Shown: positions 1 through 8,314 of the stretch, in pieces | How positions within the stretch are numbered: position 1 is the stretch's first letter | How the letters are laid out: every line of letters begins with the position of its first letter | Source: Naegleria gruberi | Lineage: Eukaryota | Assembly: GCA_000004985.1 (NCBI GenBank) | Contig: GG738975.1 | Reading direction: 5' to 3' (one strand) | DNA: 14,517 bases | Translations under genes and position numbers: made by a program | Notes under the pieces: generated by a model | What the model was told of the DNA's origin: nothing | Database searches by the model: none | What the model saw: only the letters and a program-made list of their open reading frames with translations

Positions 1-829
1 ATCTTATATCTAGACCAGTAACATTACATTTCATGAAATATGCTGAGCCATCCCCCAATTCGAATTTTCCAAAATTAGTAGAATCCAAATCTACAACCAC
101 TCGATTTCCAATCTTTGATTTGATTCTAACCGCCTTGTGTTCATTCAATTCCGTCATTCCCCTAACATTTCTAAAGACAATATTTTGATGAACATTCATT
201 CCCTCTTCCTTATTAAATTCATCATCTGGGAAAAGATCAATTTTTGTTGGGTTTCCATTGACGATATCCTTAATTGAACAACCTTCTTTGAAGCCAGGGT
301 TCAGATCTTTGATTTTGTGTTCGCCCATATCATAGAATATTAAACTTGATAAGCCCTTCATGTCGGATGCCACGAATTTAATATTATTATCGTGACAGAT
401 TTGAGCCAAATCAATCAGTGATGAAAGAGAATGTTCAGTACAAATAACAAAATCAAACTCTTTCAAAAACTGCACATCACCTGCCAAGCTGTCAACTTGA
501 CCATCTTTCACATTAATTTTTGCAAATGGATTCAATCCATTCAACACAATCATTGCTCTCTCCGCTCTATTTCTTCCAATCACTTCTTCCTCCTTCGAAT
601 CGGCAACAATCGAATAAAAATCTGCCAAATCCTCATACGAAACCATCTTTGAATCCATCAGTGTTAATTGTTCAATTCCATTTTGGAGTAAATTCTTTGC
701 CACTTCCAATCCAAGTCCACCCATTCCACACACCAACACTCTACACTTATTGAAGGTTGTGATTTTATCCTCTGGCCACCACGTATGCACCAACGTTTCA
801 TAGAATTGCTGTTTGGTTAGTGTCGACAT
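1..829 (-). CDS. sae1: SUMO-activating enzyme subunit 1 (Aos1/SAE1)-like E1 (ThiF/MoeB Rossmann fold); start codon present, C-terminus lies beyond window start
   Basis: Start ATG is the complement of 827-829. The upstream context on the coding strand is a T10 run, i.e. an A-rich Kozak on the minus strand. A continuous frame runs from 829 down to position 1, verified by hand at both ends and in the middle. Translation begins MSTLTKQQFYETLVHTWWPEDKITTFNKCRVLVCGMGGLGLEVAKNLLQNGI...GRNRAERA...AQICHDNNIKFVASDMKGLSSLIFYDMGEHKI. The GxGxxG nucleotide loop, GRNRAE motif and QICHxNxIKF...GEH block match Aos1/SAE1 better than ULA1/APPBP1 from memory. The ORF is missing from the supplied track only because it has no in-window stop. 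Confidence 0.75.
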   Translation of the reverse strand, partial: MSTLTKQQFYETLVHTWWPEDKITTFNKCRVLVCGMGGLGLEVAKNLLQNGIEQLTLMDSKMVSYEDLADFYSIVADSKEEEVIGRNRAERAMIVLNGLNPFAKINVKDGQVDSLAGDVQFLKEFDFVICTEHSLSSLIDLAQICHDNNIKFVASDMKGLSSLIFYDMGEHKIKDLNPGFKEGCSIKDIVNGNPTKIDLFPDDEFNKEEGMNVHQNIVFRNVRGMTELNEHKAVRIKSKIGNRVVVDLDSTNFGKFELGDGSAYFMKCNVTGLDIR

Positions 830-1124
830 TTTTTTTTTCTTTTGAAAAGTCGCACACTTTTGGCGGGAAGATATTTTACATTGTTTTACAATCAAATTGC
901 TTTATTCTCTGTTATTTATTAGTATTGAATATCAAAGGTGAAATAAAGAGAATAGAAGGGAGAACAAAGGTTGGCGCCTTCTCACTACAGCTTTGTCAAA
1001 AAAGCTTATTTGGAATGGACAAATTCACAATGATTAATGACATTTTGATCAAACAATTCTCAGTTTTTTGAAAAAAACTTTACAAAGGTTCAATTATTCG
1101 AGAATTTACAAAACTCAAAAAAAA

Positions 1125-2013
1125 ATGTCCTACTCATCTGATGAAGAAGATTATCAAGAAGAAGAAGAAGAACCTTTTTCCTCCTCATCACCATCATCAC
1201 CATCATCATCCTCTTCTGGAGACGAAGAAGAAGAATCAACAGATGATCGATATGTGAGAGTGGAGGGTAATAATCCAAAGAGAAAAAACCTAAATGTCAC
1301 CAGCAATAGCAGTAGCAGCAATATGAATTTTATTCAAAGCAATTTTAATGATCATCATTATATTTATCCTGATTCTGATCTAAATTATGGTTATTTTCTT
1401 AATACTACTGCTAATAGAAGAAGTAGTAGTAGTGGTGGTGATAAGAAGACTGGAGCAGCTGCATTTACATTTACTGCATCGGGACAACCGTTTGGAATTT
1501 CTGGTGGTGGTCTTGGTGGTGGTGATCAAACTCTAATTTCCTCATCAAATTCAAATAGTTTTTCTTCTTCAAATTCAACTCTGTGTGGTGGTTTCAAGTT
1601 TGATGATACTTCTAAAGTCCTGTGTAGTCAACAAAAACCAATATTTGGTTCTTTTAATACTTCTCAGCCTTTTGGTACTAATAGTGGTGATGATCATCAA
1701 GCTACTAACAATTCAAATAGTTCAAATACTCATAATGCATCATCCACTTCATCATTGGCAGCATCGGAAGAGAAATTATTTGTCTTTGGAAGTGTTCCAT
1801 CATCCTCATCCTCTTCATTAAGCCACTCACCAACAAAGACAATGCATAGAAGAGGCATAAATGTTGCATCCAAGAATAGGAATGAAAATATTGATACCAT
1901 ATTCAATTCATTGCCAAAACCTCCTACTTTTGGTTATCAACAAGCAGTTGATCAAAAAGATAGTACCACTGGTGATTCTTTAACAGAGATGAGTCAGTCC
2001 TTGTATAGTATTT
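1125..2013 (+). CDS. Acidic/Ser-rich low-complexity protein with FG dipeptide repeats (FG-nucleoporin-like N-terminal region); 3' part lost in gap 1
   Basis: ATG at 1125-1127 is preceded by a9 (caaaaaaaaaATG). The track's earlier 'M' at 1068 is TTG. Open frame continues to the N run at 2014. Protein: MSYSSDEEDYQEEEEEPFSSSSPSSPSSSSSGDEEEE...PKRKN...QPFGISGGGLGGG...KPIFGSFNTSQPFGTNSG...KLFVFGS...PPTFGYQQ. It has five xFG motifs separated by S/N/G/T-rich spacers, and a basic PKRK patch. Confidence 0.7.
1158..1235 (+). repeat. Coding trinucleotide microsatellites: (GAA)5, a TCA/TCC-rich tract, (GAA)4
   Basis: gaagaagaagaagaa at 1158-1172, ctcctcatcaccatcatcaccatcatcatcctcttct at about 1181-1217, and gaagaagaagaa at 1224-1235. 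These encode the EEEEE / SSPSSPSSSSS / EEEE runs. Confidence 0.6.
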
Positions 2014-3039
2014 NNNNNNNNNNNNNNNNNNNNNNNNNNNNNNNNNNNNNNNNNNNNNNNNNNNNNNNNNNNNNNNNNNNNNNNNNNNNNNNNNNNNNNN
2101 NNNNNNNNNNNNNNNNNNNNNNNNNNNNNNNNNNNNNNNNNNNNNNNNNNNNNNNNNNNNNNNNNNNNNNNNNNNNNNNNNNNNNNNNNNNNNNNNNNNN
2201 NNNNNNNNNNNNNNNNNNNNNNNNNNNNNNNNNNNNNNNNNNNNNNNNNNNNNNNNNNNNNNNNNNNNNNNNNNNNNNNNNNNNNNNNNNNNNNNNNNNN
2301 NNNNNNNNNNNNNNNNNNNNNNNNNNNNNNNNNNNNNNNNNNNNNNNNNNNNNNNNNNNNNNNNNNNNNNNNNNNNNNNNNNNNNNNNNNNNNNNNNNNN
2401 NNNNNNNNNNNNNNNNNNNNNNNNNNNNNNNNNNNNNNNNNNNNNNNNNNNNNNNNNNNNNNNNNNNNNNNNNNNNNNNNNNNNNNNNNNNNNNNNNNNN
2501 NNNNNNNNNNNNNNNNNNNNNNNNNNNNNNNNNNNNNNNNNNNNNNNNNNNNNNNNNNNNNNNNNNNNNNNNNNNNNNNNNNNNNNNNNNNNNNNNNNNN
2601 NNNNNNNNNNNNNNNNNNNNNNNNNNNNNNNNNNNNNNNNNNNNNNNNNNNNNNNNNNNNNNNNNNNNNNNNNNNNNNNNNNNNNNNNNNNNNNNNNNNN
2701 NNNNNNNNNNNNNNNNNNNNNNNNNNNNNNNNNNNNNNNNNNNNNNNNNNNNNNNNNNNNNNNNNNNNNNNNNNNNNNNNNNNNNNNNNNNNNNNNNNNN
2801 NNNNNNNNNNNNNNNNNNNNNNNNNNNNNNNNNNNNNNNNNNNNNNNNNNNNNNNNNNNNNNNNNNNNNNNNNNNNNNNNNNNNNNNNNNNNNNNNNNNN
2901 NNNNNNNNNNNNNNNNNNNNNNNNNNNNNNNNNNNNNNNNNNNNNNNNNNNNNNNNNNNNNNNNNNNNNNNNNNNNNNNNNNNNNNNNNNNNNNNNNNNN
3001 NNNNNNNNNNNNNNNNNNNNNNNNNNNNNNNNNNNNNNN
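2014..3039. other. Assembly gap / masked run (1026 N)
   Basis: Uninterrupted n characters. Flanked by coding sequence on both sides. Confidence 0.99.
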
Positions 3040-3040
3040 C

Positions 3041-3631
3041 ATTAACATTATCTATAACTTTAAAGAGGACAGTGATGCTGTGGTGAAAATTCCTGATTCT
3101 CTGGGAGGAGTCAAAACCATATATTGTCACAAGACTGTGCTCTCCAGTGCTTCTGAAATGTTGGAAGTAAATTTTGGACCCAATTGGAGCAATGAAGAGG
3201 ATGAAGATGGAAGAGCCATCATCAATGTTGAACATCTCATTGAAGTTGCCTCAGATCCAAGTGTAATGGAATTTATTATCGAGTATGCCTATGGAATTTT
3301 TGCACCAATCAAGGTTTCTTCCAAGCAAGTAATTCCACTCATTAAGGCTGCACATTTCTATAGAATTCAGGGCCTTCTCGATGAGTGTCTCTACTTGTGT
3401 GTGAATAGGGACAAGCTCTCCTTTTTCGAAGTGGCCGAATCTCTAGAGGATCATTTCGAAGACGAAACCATGGAAGCTTTTGAGGATGTTATGGTAGAAA
3501 TTGGAACTGCCAATTACCCCTTCATTATTGGAGCAAGTGATGAAGAATTAATGAAATTGCCAAAGAGAATGCTTATTAAGATGTTCAGAAAGATTTACAA
3601 AACATACATTCCAAATATCAAAACCTTGTAA
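3041..3631 (+). CDS. BTB/POZ-domain protein, C-terminal portion (N-terminal part in gap 1); may be the 3' end of the FG-repeat gene or a separate gene
   Basis: The frame of the track ORF 3080..3631 (whose 'M' is GTG) stays open upstream to the gap edge at 3040. It reads ...INIIYNFKEDSDAVVKIPDSLGGVKTIYCHKTVLSSASEMLEVNFGPNWSNEEDEDGRAIINVEHLIEVASDPSVMEFIIEYAYGIFAPIKVSSKQVIPLIKAAHFYRIQGLLDECLYLCVN. This is the classic BTB pattern: DVxL...G..F.AHKxVL..S.YF...F....I.L.....P..F..LL.F.Y.G......NV..LL.AA..LQ. Stop TAA at 3629-3631. Confidence 0.75.
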   Translation: MNIIYNFKEDSDAVVKIPDSLGGVKTIYCHKTVLSSASEMLEVNFGPNWSNEEDEDGRAIINVEHLIEVASDPSVMEFIIEYAYGIFAPIKVSSKQVIPLIKAAHFYRIQGLLDECLYLCVNRDKLSFFEVAESLEDHFEDETMEAFEDVMVEIGTANYPFIIGASDEELMKLPKRMLIKMFRKIYKTYIPNIKTL

Positions 3632-3673
3632 CATTCTCGGTGGATTGGAGATAATGTGAATACAATGTATTTA

Positions 3674-4409
3674 TTAGTTTTTGAAAATTCTCATTACAGT
3701 AACCAAATAGTCACGATATTTCTCTCCAAATAAAGAGATTACTTCTTCCTTGCTTTCAAAGGCAGATCTATTATTCTTCCAAACACGGAAACAGAATCTG
3801 TTTCTTGCATTCCATTCAGCTCCATCCTTATCCAAGGTCAATCTTACATGTTTGTAATAACCAGTAATTAACATCTTGACCTTTTCTTTCACAAGTGGAA
3901 TATTTTTAGAGGATTGGAATGAGTTGACTAAATTGTGGAATGGAACAGATCCCTTCAAGTTTCCATGCAAGATTCCAGCAGCTTCAATTTCATCCTCAGA
4001 TTGAATAAAGAGATTAGCAGTTTCATAGGATGCAGAATTGTTAATCAAATGATTAATGGAAATACTAATCTTTTTGCTAATTATTAGTTGAGTGATGGAT
4101 TTCATAAATTTAATTGATTCTTCTTCATTGAAAGGAGAGTAATATTCTCCCTTTTCAATGGCAACTTTCTTCTTGTTTGGAGTTTGAAAGTTGACAGTTT
4201 GAATCAATAAACAAATGAGTCCAGATTTGCTATTTACCATTGAGTGAATATCAGAAATATCCTCCTTTTCATTCAAATACTCTGATGCTACCTTAATGAA
4301 TGGTAAAATATTGGAACGGAAGGATTCGTCCAATTTCGAAACAAGACCAGTTGCAAGTTGACCTAATCTTTGATATTTCCTGAAGAAATTCCACATTAGT
4401 GTTAAATTC
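3674..4409 (-). CDS. C-terminal fragment of a gene emerging from gap 2; possibly the C-terminus of the vWA-domain gene below; weak, degenerate resemblance to an alpha-kinase catalytic core
   Basis: Frame is open from the gap edge (4409) to stop TAA, the complement of 3674-3676. The ATG at 4396 that the track uses as a start is internal, because NLTL precedes it in frame. Only loose matches to alpha-kinase motifs are present (VAIEKGEYYSPFNEEE vs IEGEYIKYNSNSG; SASYETANLFIQSEDEIEAAG vs SHFTxExSxxxLxVxDxQGVG). These are not convincing on their own. Confidence 0.55.
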
Positions 4410-5895
4410 NNNNNNNNNNNNNNNNNNNNNNNNNNNNNNNNNNNNNNNNNNNNNNNNNNNNNNNNNNNNNNNNNNNNNNNNNNNNNNNNNNNNNNNNNNN
4501 NNNNNNNNNNNNNNNNNNNNNNNNNNNNNNNNNNNNNNNNNNNNNNNNNNNNNNNNNNNNNNNNNNNNNNNNNNNNNNNNNNNNNNNNNNNNNNNNNNNN
4601 NNNNNNNNNNNNNNNNNNNNNNNNNNNNNNNNNNNNNNNNNNNNNNNNNNNNNNNNNNNNNNNNNNNNNNNNNNNNNNNNNNNNNNNNNNNNNNNNNNNN
4701 NNNNNNNNNNNNNNNNNNNNNNNNNNNNNNNNNNNNNNNNNNNNNNNNNNNNNNNNNNNNNNNNNNNNNNNNNNNNNNNNNNNNNNNNNNNNNNNNNNNN
4801 NNNNNNNNNNNNNNNNNNNNNNNNNNNNNNNNNNNNNNNNNNNNNNNNNNNNNNNNNNNNNNNNNNNNNNNNNNNNNNNNNNNNNNNNNNNNNNNNNNNN
4901 NNNNNNNNNNNNNNNNNNNNNNNNNNNNNNNNNNNNNNNNNNNNNNNNNNNNNNNNNNNNNNNNNNNNNNNNNNNNNNNNNNNNNNNNNNNNNNNNNNNN
5001 NNNNNNNNNNNNNNNNNNNNNNNNNNNNNNNNNNNNNNNNNNNNNNNNNNNNNNNNNNNNNNNNNNNNNNNNNNNNNNNNNNNNNNNNNNNNNNNNNNNN
5101 NNNNNNNNNNNNNNNNNNNNNNNNNNNNNNNNNNNNNNNNNNNNNNNNNNNNNNNNNNNNNNNNNNNNNNNNNNNNNNNNNNNNNNNNNNNNNNNNNNNN
5201 NNNNNNNNNNNNNNNNNNNNNNNNNNNNNNNNNNNNNNNNNNNNNNNNNNNNNNNNNNNNNNNNNNNNNNNNNNNNNNNNNNNNNNNNNNNNNNNNNNNN
5301 NNNNNNNNNNNNNNNNNNNNNNNNNNNNNNNNNNNNNNNNNNNNNNNNNNNNNNNNNNNNNNNNNNNNNNNNNNNNNNNNNNNNNNNNNNNNNNNNNNNN
5401 NNNNNNNNNNNNNNNNNNNNNNNNNNNNNNNNNNNNNNNNNNNNNNNNNNNNNNNNNNNNNNNNNNNNNNNNNNNNNNNNNNNNNNNNNNNNNNNNNNNN
5501 NNNNNNNNNNNNNNNNNNNNNNNNNNNNNNNNNNNNNNNNNNNNNNNNNNNNNNNNNNNNNNNNNNNNNNNNNNNNNNNNNNNNNNNNNNNNNNNNNNNN
5601 NNNNNNNNNNNNNNNNNNNNNNNNNNNNNNNNNNNNNNNNNNNNNNNNNNNNNNNNNNNNNNNNNNNNNNNNNNNNNNNNNNNNNNNNNNNNNNNNNNNN
5701 NNNNNNNNNNNNNNNNNNNNNNNNNNNNNNNNNNNNNNNNNNNNNNNNNNNNNNNNNNNNNNNNNNNNNNNNNNNNNNNNNNNNNNNNNNNNNNNNNNNN
5801 NNNNNNNNNNNNNNNNNNNNNNNNNNNNNNNNNNNNNNNNNNNNNNNNNNNNNNNNNNNNNNNNNNNNNNNNNNNNNNNNNNNNNNNNNNNNNNN
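4410..5895. other. Assembly gap / masked run (1486 N)
   Basis: Uninterrupted n characters. Interrupts the minus-strand vWA gene. Confidence 0.99.
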
Positions 5896-6582
5896 CATCA
5901 TCCTTATTGACAAGATTCCAACACTTGAATTAGAGGTCAATAATCCAATGAGATTTTCCATCGATTGATTAATTTCATTGGCATCTTTCACATATTGGAA
6001 AGTTCCTTGAACTGAACCCAATTGAGTAATTTGGGTCAATAATGCAACATCGTGACTAGAGGTGAAACCAATGGTGTGAAATTCGAAACTTTGAGTTTTA
6101 GTTTCGAGAACTTTCTTCATCTGTTCAATGGCTTTTTCTCTCTTATGACTGGATCCATCTTGTCCATCGGTGAAAAACAAGATTGCAACCTCAGATTGAC
6201 GATTAAACATGTCTAAATTTGAAATGGCCTCAAATACACAGGTAAAATCAGTTCCTCCACCAGCTTGAATCTGTTCAAGAGTTGATTGTCTAGTTTCGGC
6301 TGGTTTCTTCCTCAAATCATACAACTCTGCAGAGGTATCATAGGTAATCAATACAACATCTGGTGTATCGACAACTTGTTCAAATAAATTCGAAATTGCA
6401 ATCTTTGCTTGATCAATTCCTTGACCACGCATCGATCCAGAAACATCCAACGCAATTACAATTTGCTTTTCCTTCCTCTGAATATTCGAAATGAGATCAA
6501 ATTGAAGACAAGTTATGCTATCATCAATTTCATATTGACGAGTTTCAATAGTGTTATTATCTGATTGTTTGGAGGAGGACAT
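5896..6582 (-). CDS. von Willebrand factor A (vWA) domain protein with complete MIDAS motif, N-terminal portion; continues into gap 2
   Basis: ATG is the complement of 6580-6582, with an A-rich run upstream on the coding strand. Protein: MSSSKQSDNNTIETRQYEIDDSITCLQFDLISNIQRKEKQIVIALDVSGSMRGQGIDQAKIAISNLFEQVVDTPDVVLITYDTSAELYDL...QAGGGTDFTCVFEAISN...VAILFFTDGQDGSS. The DxSxS...GGT...TDG series is the MIDAS metal-binding signature of vWA domains. The DVSGSM codons are at 6430-6450. Confidence 0.8.
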
Positions 6583-6925
6583 TGTTTTTTTTTTTAATTT
6601 GTTTTTTTTGTTGATTCTTGATTGACCAAGTTCATCCCCTGATGTGGTTTAAATATGAATTTGAAGGTTATGGTTGTGGGGAGGATGAACTTTGTGAATG
6701 GATATATGCAATTATGAAAAATACGAAAGGAAGTGTGGTTATATGAAATTACATTTTAATGTCTAGTGTGTTGGTTGACTTTGCAACATGATTATATTTT
6801 CATTCTTATAAATAATTTATTAGGAAAACATTGTCAAAATAACATATTGATTAATTAATTCACACAAGGGGTTTAAATTCATTTCCAATAACATCAAATT
6901 AAAAAGTGATTGATCATTACAAAAG

Positions 6926-7293
6926 TTACTGCTGAAGGATTGAAATACCTCTCTAAATTGAAACAATTGACTGACCTGGATGTTTCTTCATGCAATATTC
7001 GACATGAAGGAGCCAAAGTTCTTAGTGGAATGGCTCAATTAAAAACGCTAGTCTTGCAAGACTGTAATATTGGAATGGAAGGTGCTCTAGAAATAAGCAA
7101 GCTTACCCAATTGACTTCACTCAATATTCATAGTAATAATATTGGTGATAAGGGAGCCGAATCAATCACTACTAAACTAGAAAATCTTACAATTCTCGAT
7201 ATTAGTTTTAGAGAATTTAATGAAGAAATTAAGAAATCCATTTATTCAATGAAGAATTTAACAATAATCAATAATAATAGTATCATTGATTAA
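6926..7293 (+). CDS. Leucine-rich repeat (ribonuclease-inhibitor / RNI-type LRR) coding exon; no in-frame ATG, 5' boundary uncertain (possible splice acceptor AG at 6924-6925)
   Basis: The track ORF 6910..7293 starts at TTG directly after an in-frame TGA (6907-6909). Translation shows about 3.5 RNI-type repeats of 24-28 residues: LTDLDVSSCNIRHEGAKVLSGMAQ / LKTLVLQDCNIGMEGALEISKLTQ / LTSLNIHSNNIGDKGAESITTKLEN / LTILDISF. Stop TAA at 7291-7293. Confidence 0.45.
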
Positions 7294-7335
7294 CGATTAT
7301 CAGATTATTCTAGAGAATTCTGCTTATTTGCTTAG

Positions 7336-7725
7336 TTATTCATTGAAATATATTGAGGTAATCATTCCAAGAGACAATGCCATCAACACAACAATATCAA
7401 CATTACAAACTCTTACAATCTGTCTATTTACCATTGACTGTTTTTTTGATAATCTACTCAACCAAATAAAGGATGCCACACTAACAATACCAGATCCAAA
7501 TGCCAATCCATACAATTCTGGTCTAAATGCTCCATAACAATGAAAAGTTCCAAGTAATCCAAATAGTACAGCTCTATGTCTCATTAAAATTTCAAGATTC
7601 TCCTCATTGATTGGAATTCCATATAATTTCTCTAATTGCCTTGATCCTAGAAGGCCAGATAGTGGCAACAAGTGGACAATACCCGAAAGAAGAAGAGAGG
7701 CAGCTGGAATGTAATGATGAAACAT
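7336..7725 (-). CDS. Small (129 aa) predicted membrane protein with about 4 hydrophobic helices; function unknown
   Basis: ATG is the complement of 7723-7725, with an A-rich Kozak (ttctttaaaaATG on the minus strand). Stop TAA is the complement of 7336-7338. Hydrophobic segments: AASLLLSGIVHLLPLSGLLG, AVLFGLLGTFHCYGAF, GLAFGSGIVSVASFIWL, IVVLMALSLGMITSIY. Confidence 0.55.
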   Translation of the reverse strand: MFHHYIPAASLLLSGIVHLLPLSGLLGSRQLEKLYGIPINEENLEILMRHRAVLFGLLGTFHCYGAFRPELYGLAFGSGIVSVASFIWLSRLSKKQSMVNRQIVRVCNVDIVVLMALSLGMITSIYFNE

Positions 7726-7894
7726 TTTTTAAAGAATTTCTTCTTCTGCAGAAATTATAATCAAATGATAATATTTAATAAAAATTAATTTTCAATCAAT
7801 TAATTTCATATCTTCGGAATGTTGTTGTAACATGTTAGTGTTTAATTATGTTGTAAATAATATTTAAAATATTTAAAATAATAATAATAAAAAA

Positions 7895-8314
7895 ATGATT
7901 AAAGGTGAAATAGTGGCATCAGGTGGTAGGTGATCAAAATCATCGATATTATTATATTATATTTATCGGATGGTTTCGAATTATAGACCAATTTGTGAGT
8001 GATGTTTGTGGAGAGATTATTTCATACATTGACGATACGTGGTTTATTTTGAATAATTGCACATTGATTTCGAAACAATGGTTGAATGCGATCAAGAATT
8101 ATGCAAAACTTTATGCAGAATTTAGAAAAGATTTGACCGAGGAAAGAGTTAAATTATTATTCGAAAGTTCATTCTTGGACAGAATTATTGGAATGATAAT
8201 ATATTTGCATGATCCGTGTGATGAATTTTGGAGAAATCTTTGGAAATTTACAAATTTACAATTTTTCAATTTTAGTGGATCTGCTGGAAAGCAAGAGAGT
8301 GAAGAAAAAAAACT
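7895..8314 (+). CDS. F-box-like N-terminal region of a larger protein; proposed 2-exon start (exon 1 7895-7925, intron 7926-7986 GTAGGT...TATAG, exon 2 from 7987), continuing into gap 3
   Basis: The track ORF 7923.. begins at GTG, directly after an in-frame TAG (7911-7913), so it has no ATG. The ATG at 7895-7897 (aaaaaaaATG) reads MIKGEIVASG and then hits a stop if unspliced. Removing a 61-nt AT-rich interval beginning GTAGGT (7926) and ending TATAG (7986) joins G + AC into GAC and continues in the long open frame. The joined protein reads MIKGEIVASGDQFVSDVCGEIISYIDDTWFILNNCTLISKQWLNAIKNY..., and the I..I.D...I...C.LISKQW pattern resembles an F-box. Confidence 0.5.

Noticed and set aside
431-753. 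Plus-strand ORFs 431..652 and 520..753
   Set aside because: These are antisense shadows inside the well-supported minus-strand SAE1-like CDS. Their low-complexity translations have no motif.
820-1071. ORF 820..1071 (+)
   Set aside because: It starts at GTG, not ATG. It lies in the AT-rich divergent promoter region between two genes, and its translation is composition-driven.
1090-1821. ORFs 1090..1278 (-) and 1585..1821 (+)
   Set aside because: These are alternative-frame and antisense shadows inside the FG/Ser-rich CDS, and they are trinucleotide-repeat driven (poly-M/V/I/L strings).
3674-4409. Calling the C-terminal fragment a bona fide alpha-kinase
   Set aside because: The motif matches are partial. 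DxQG, TDPxIH and the Zn-finger HxCNxxC are not recognisable. It is kept only as a hypothesis in the findings.
6642-6745. 34-codon ORF MWFKYEFEGYGCGEDELCEWIYAIMKNTKGSVVI in the vWA/LRR spacer as a stand-alone small protein
   Set aside because: It is too short, with no motif. It is more plausibly, at best, the first exon of the LRR gene, which is a speculative donor at 6667.
7286-7537. ORF 7286..7537 (+)
   Set aside because: It overlaps antisense to the better-supported minus-strand membrane-protein CDS. It has no start context and begins inside the LRR stop region.
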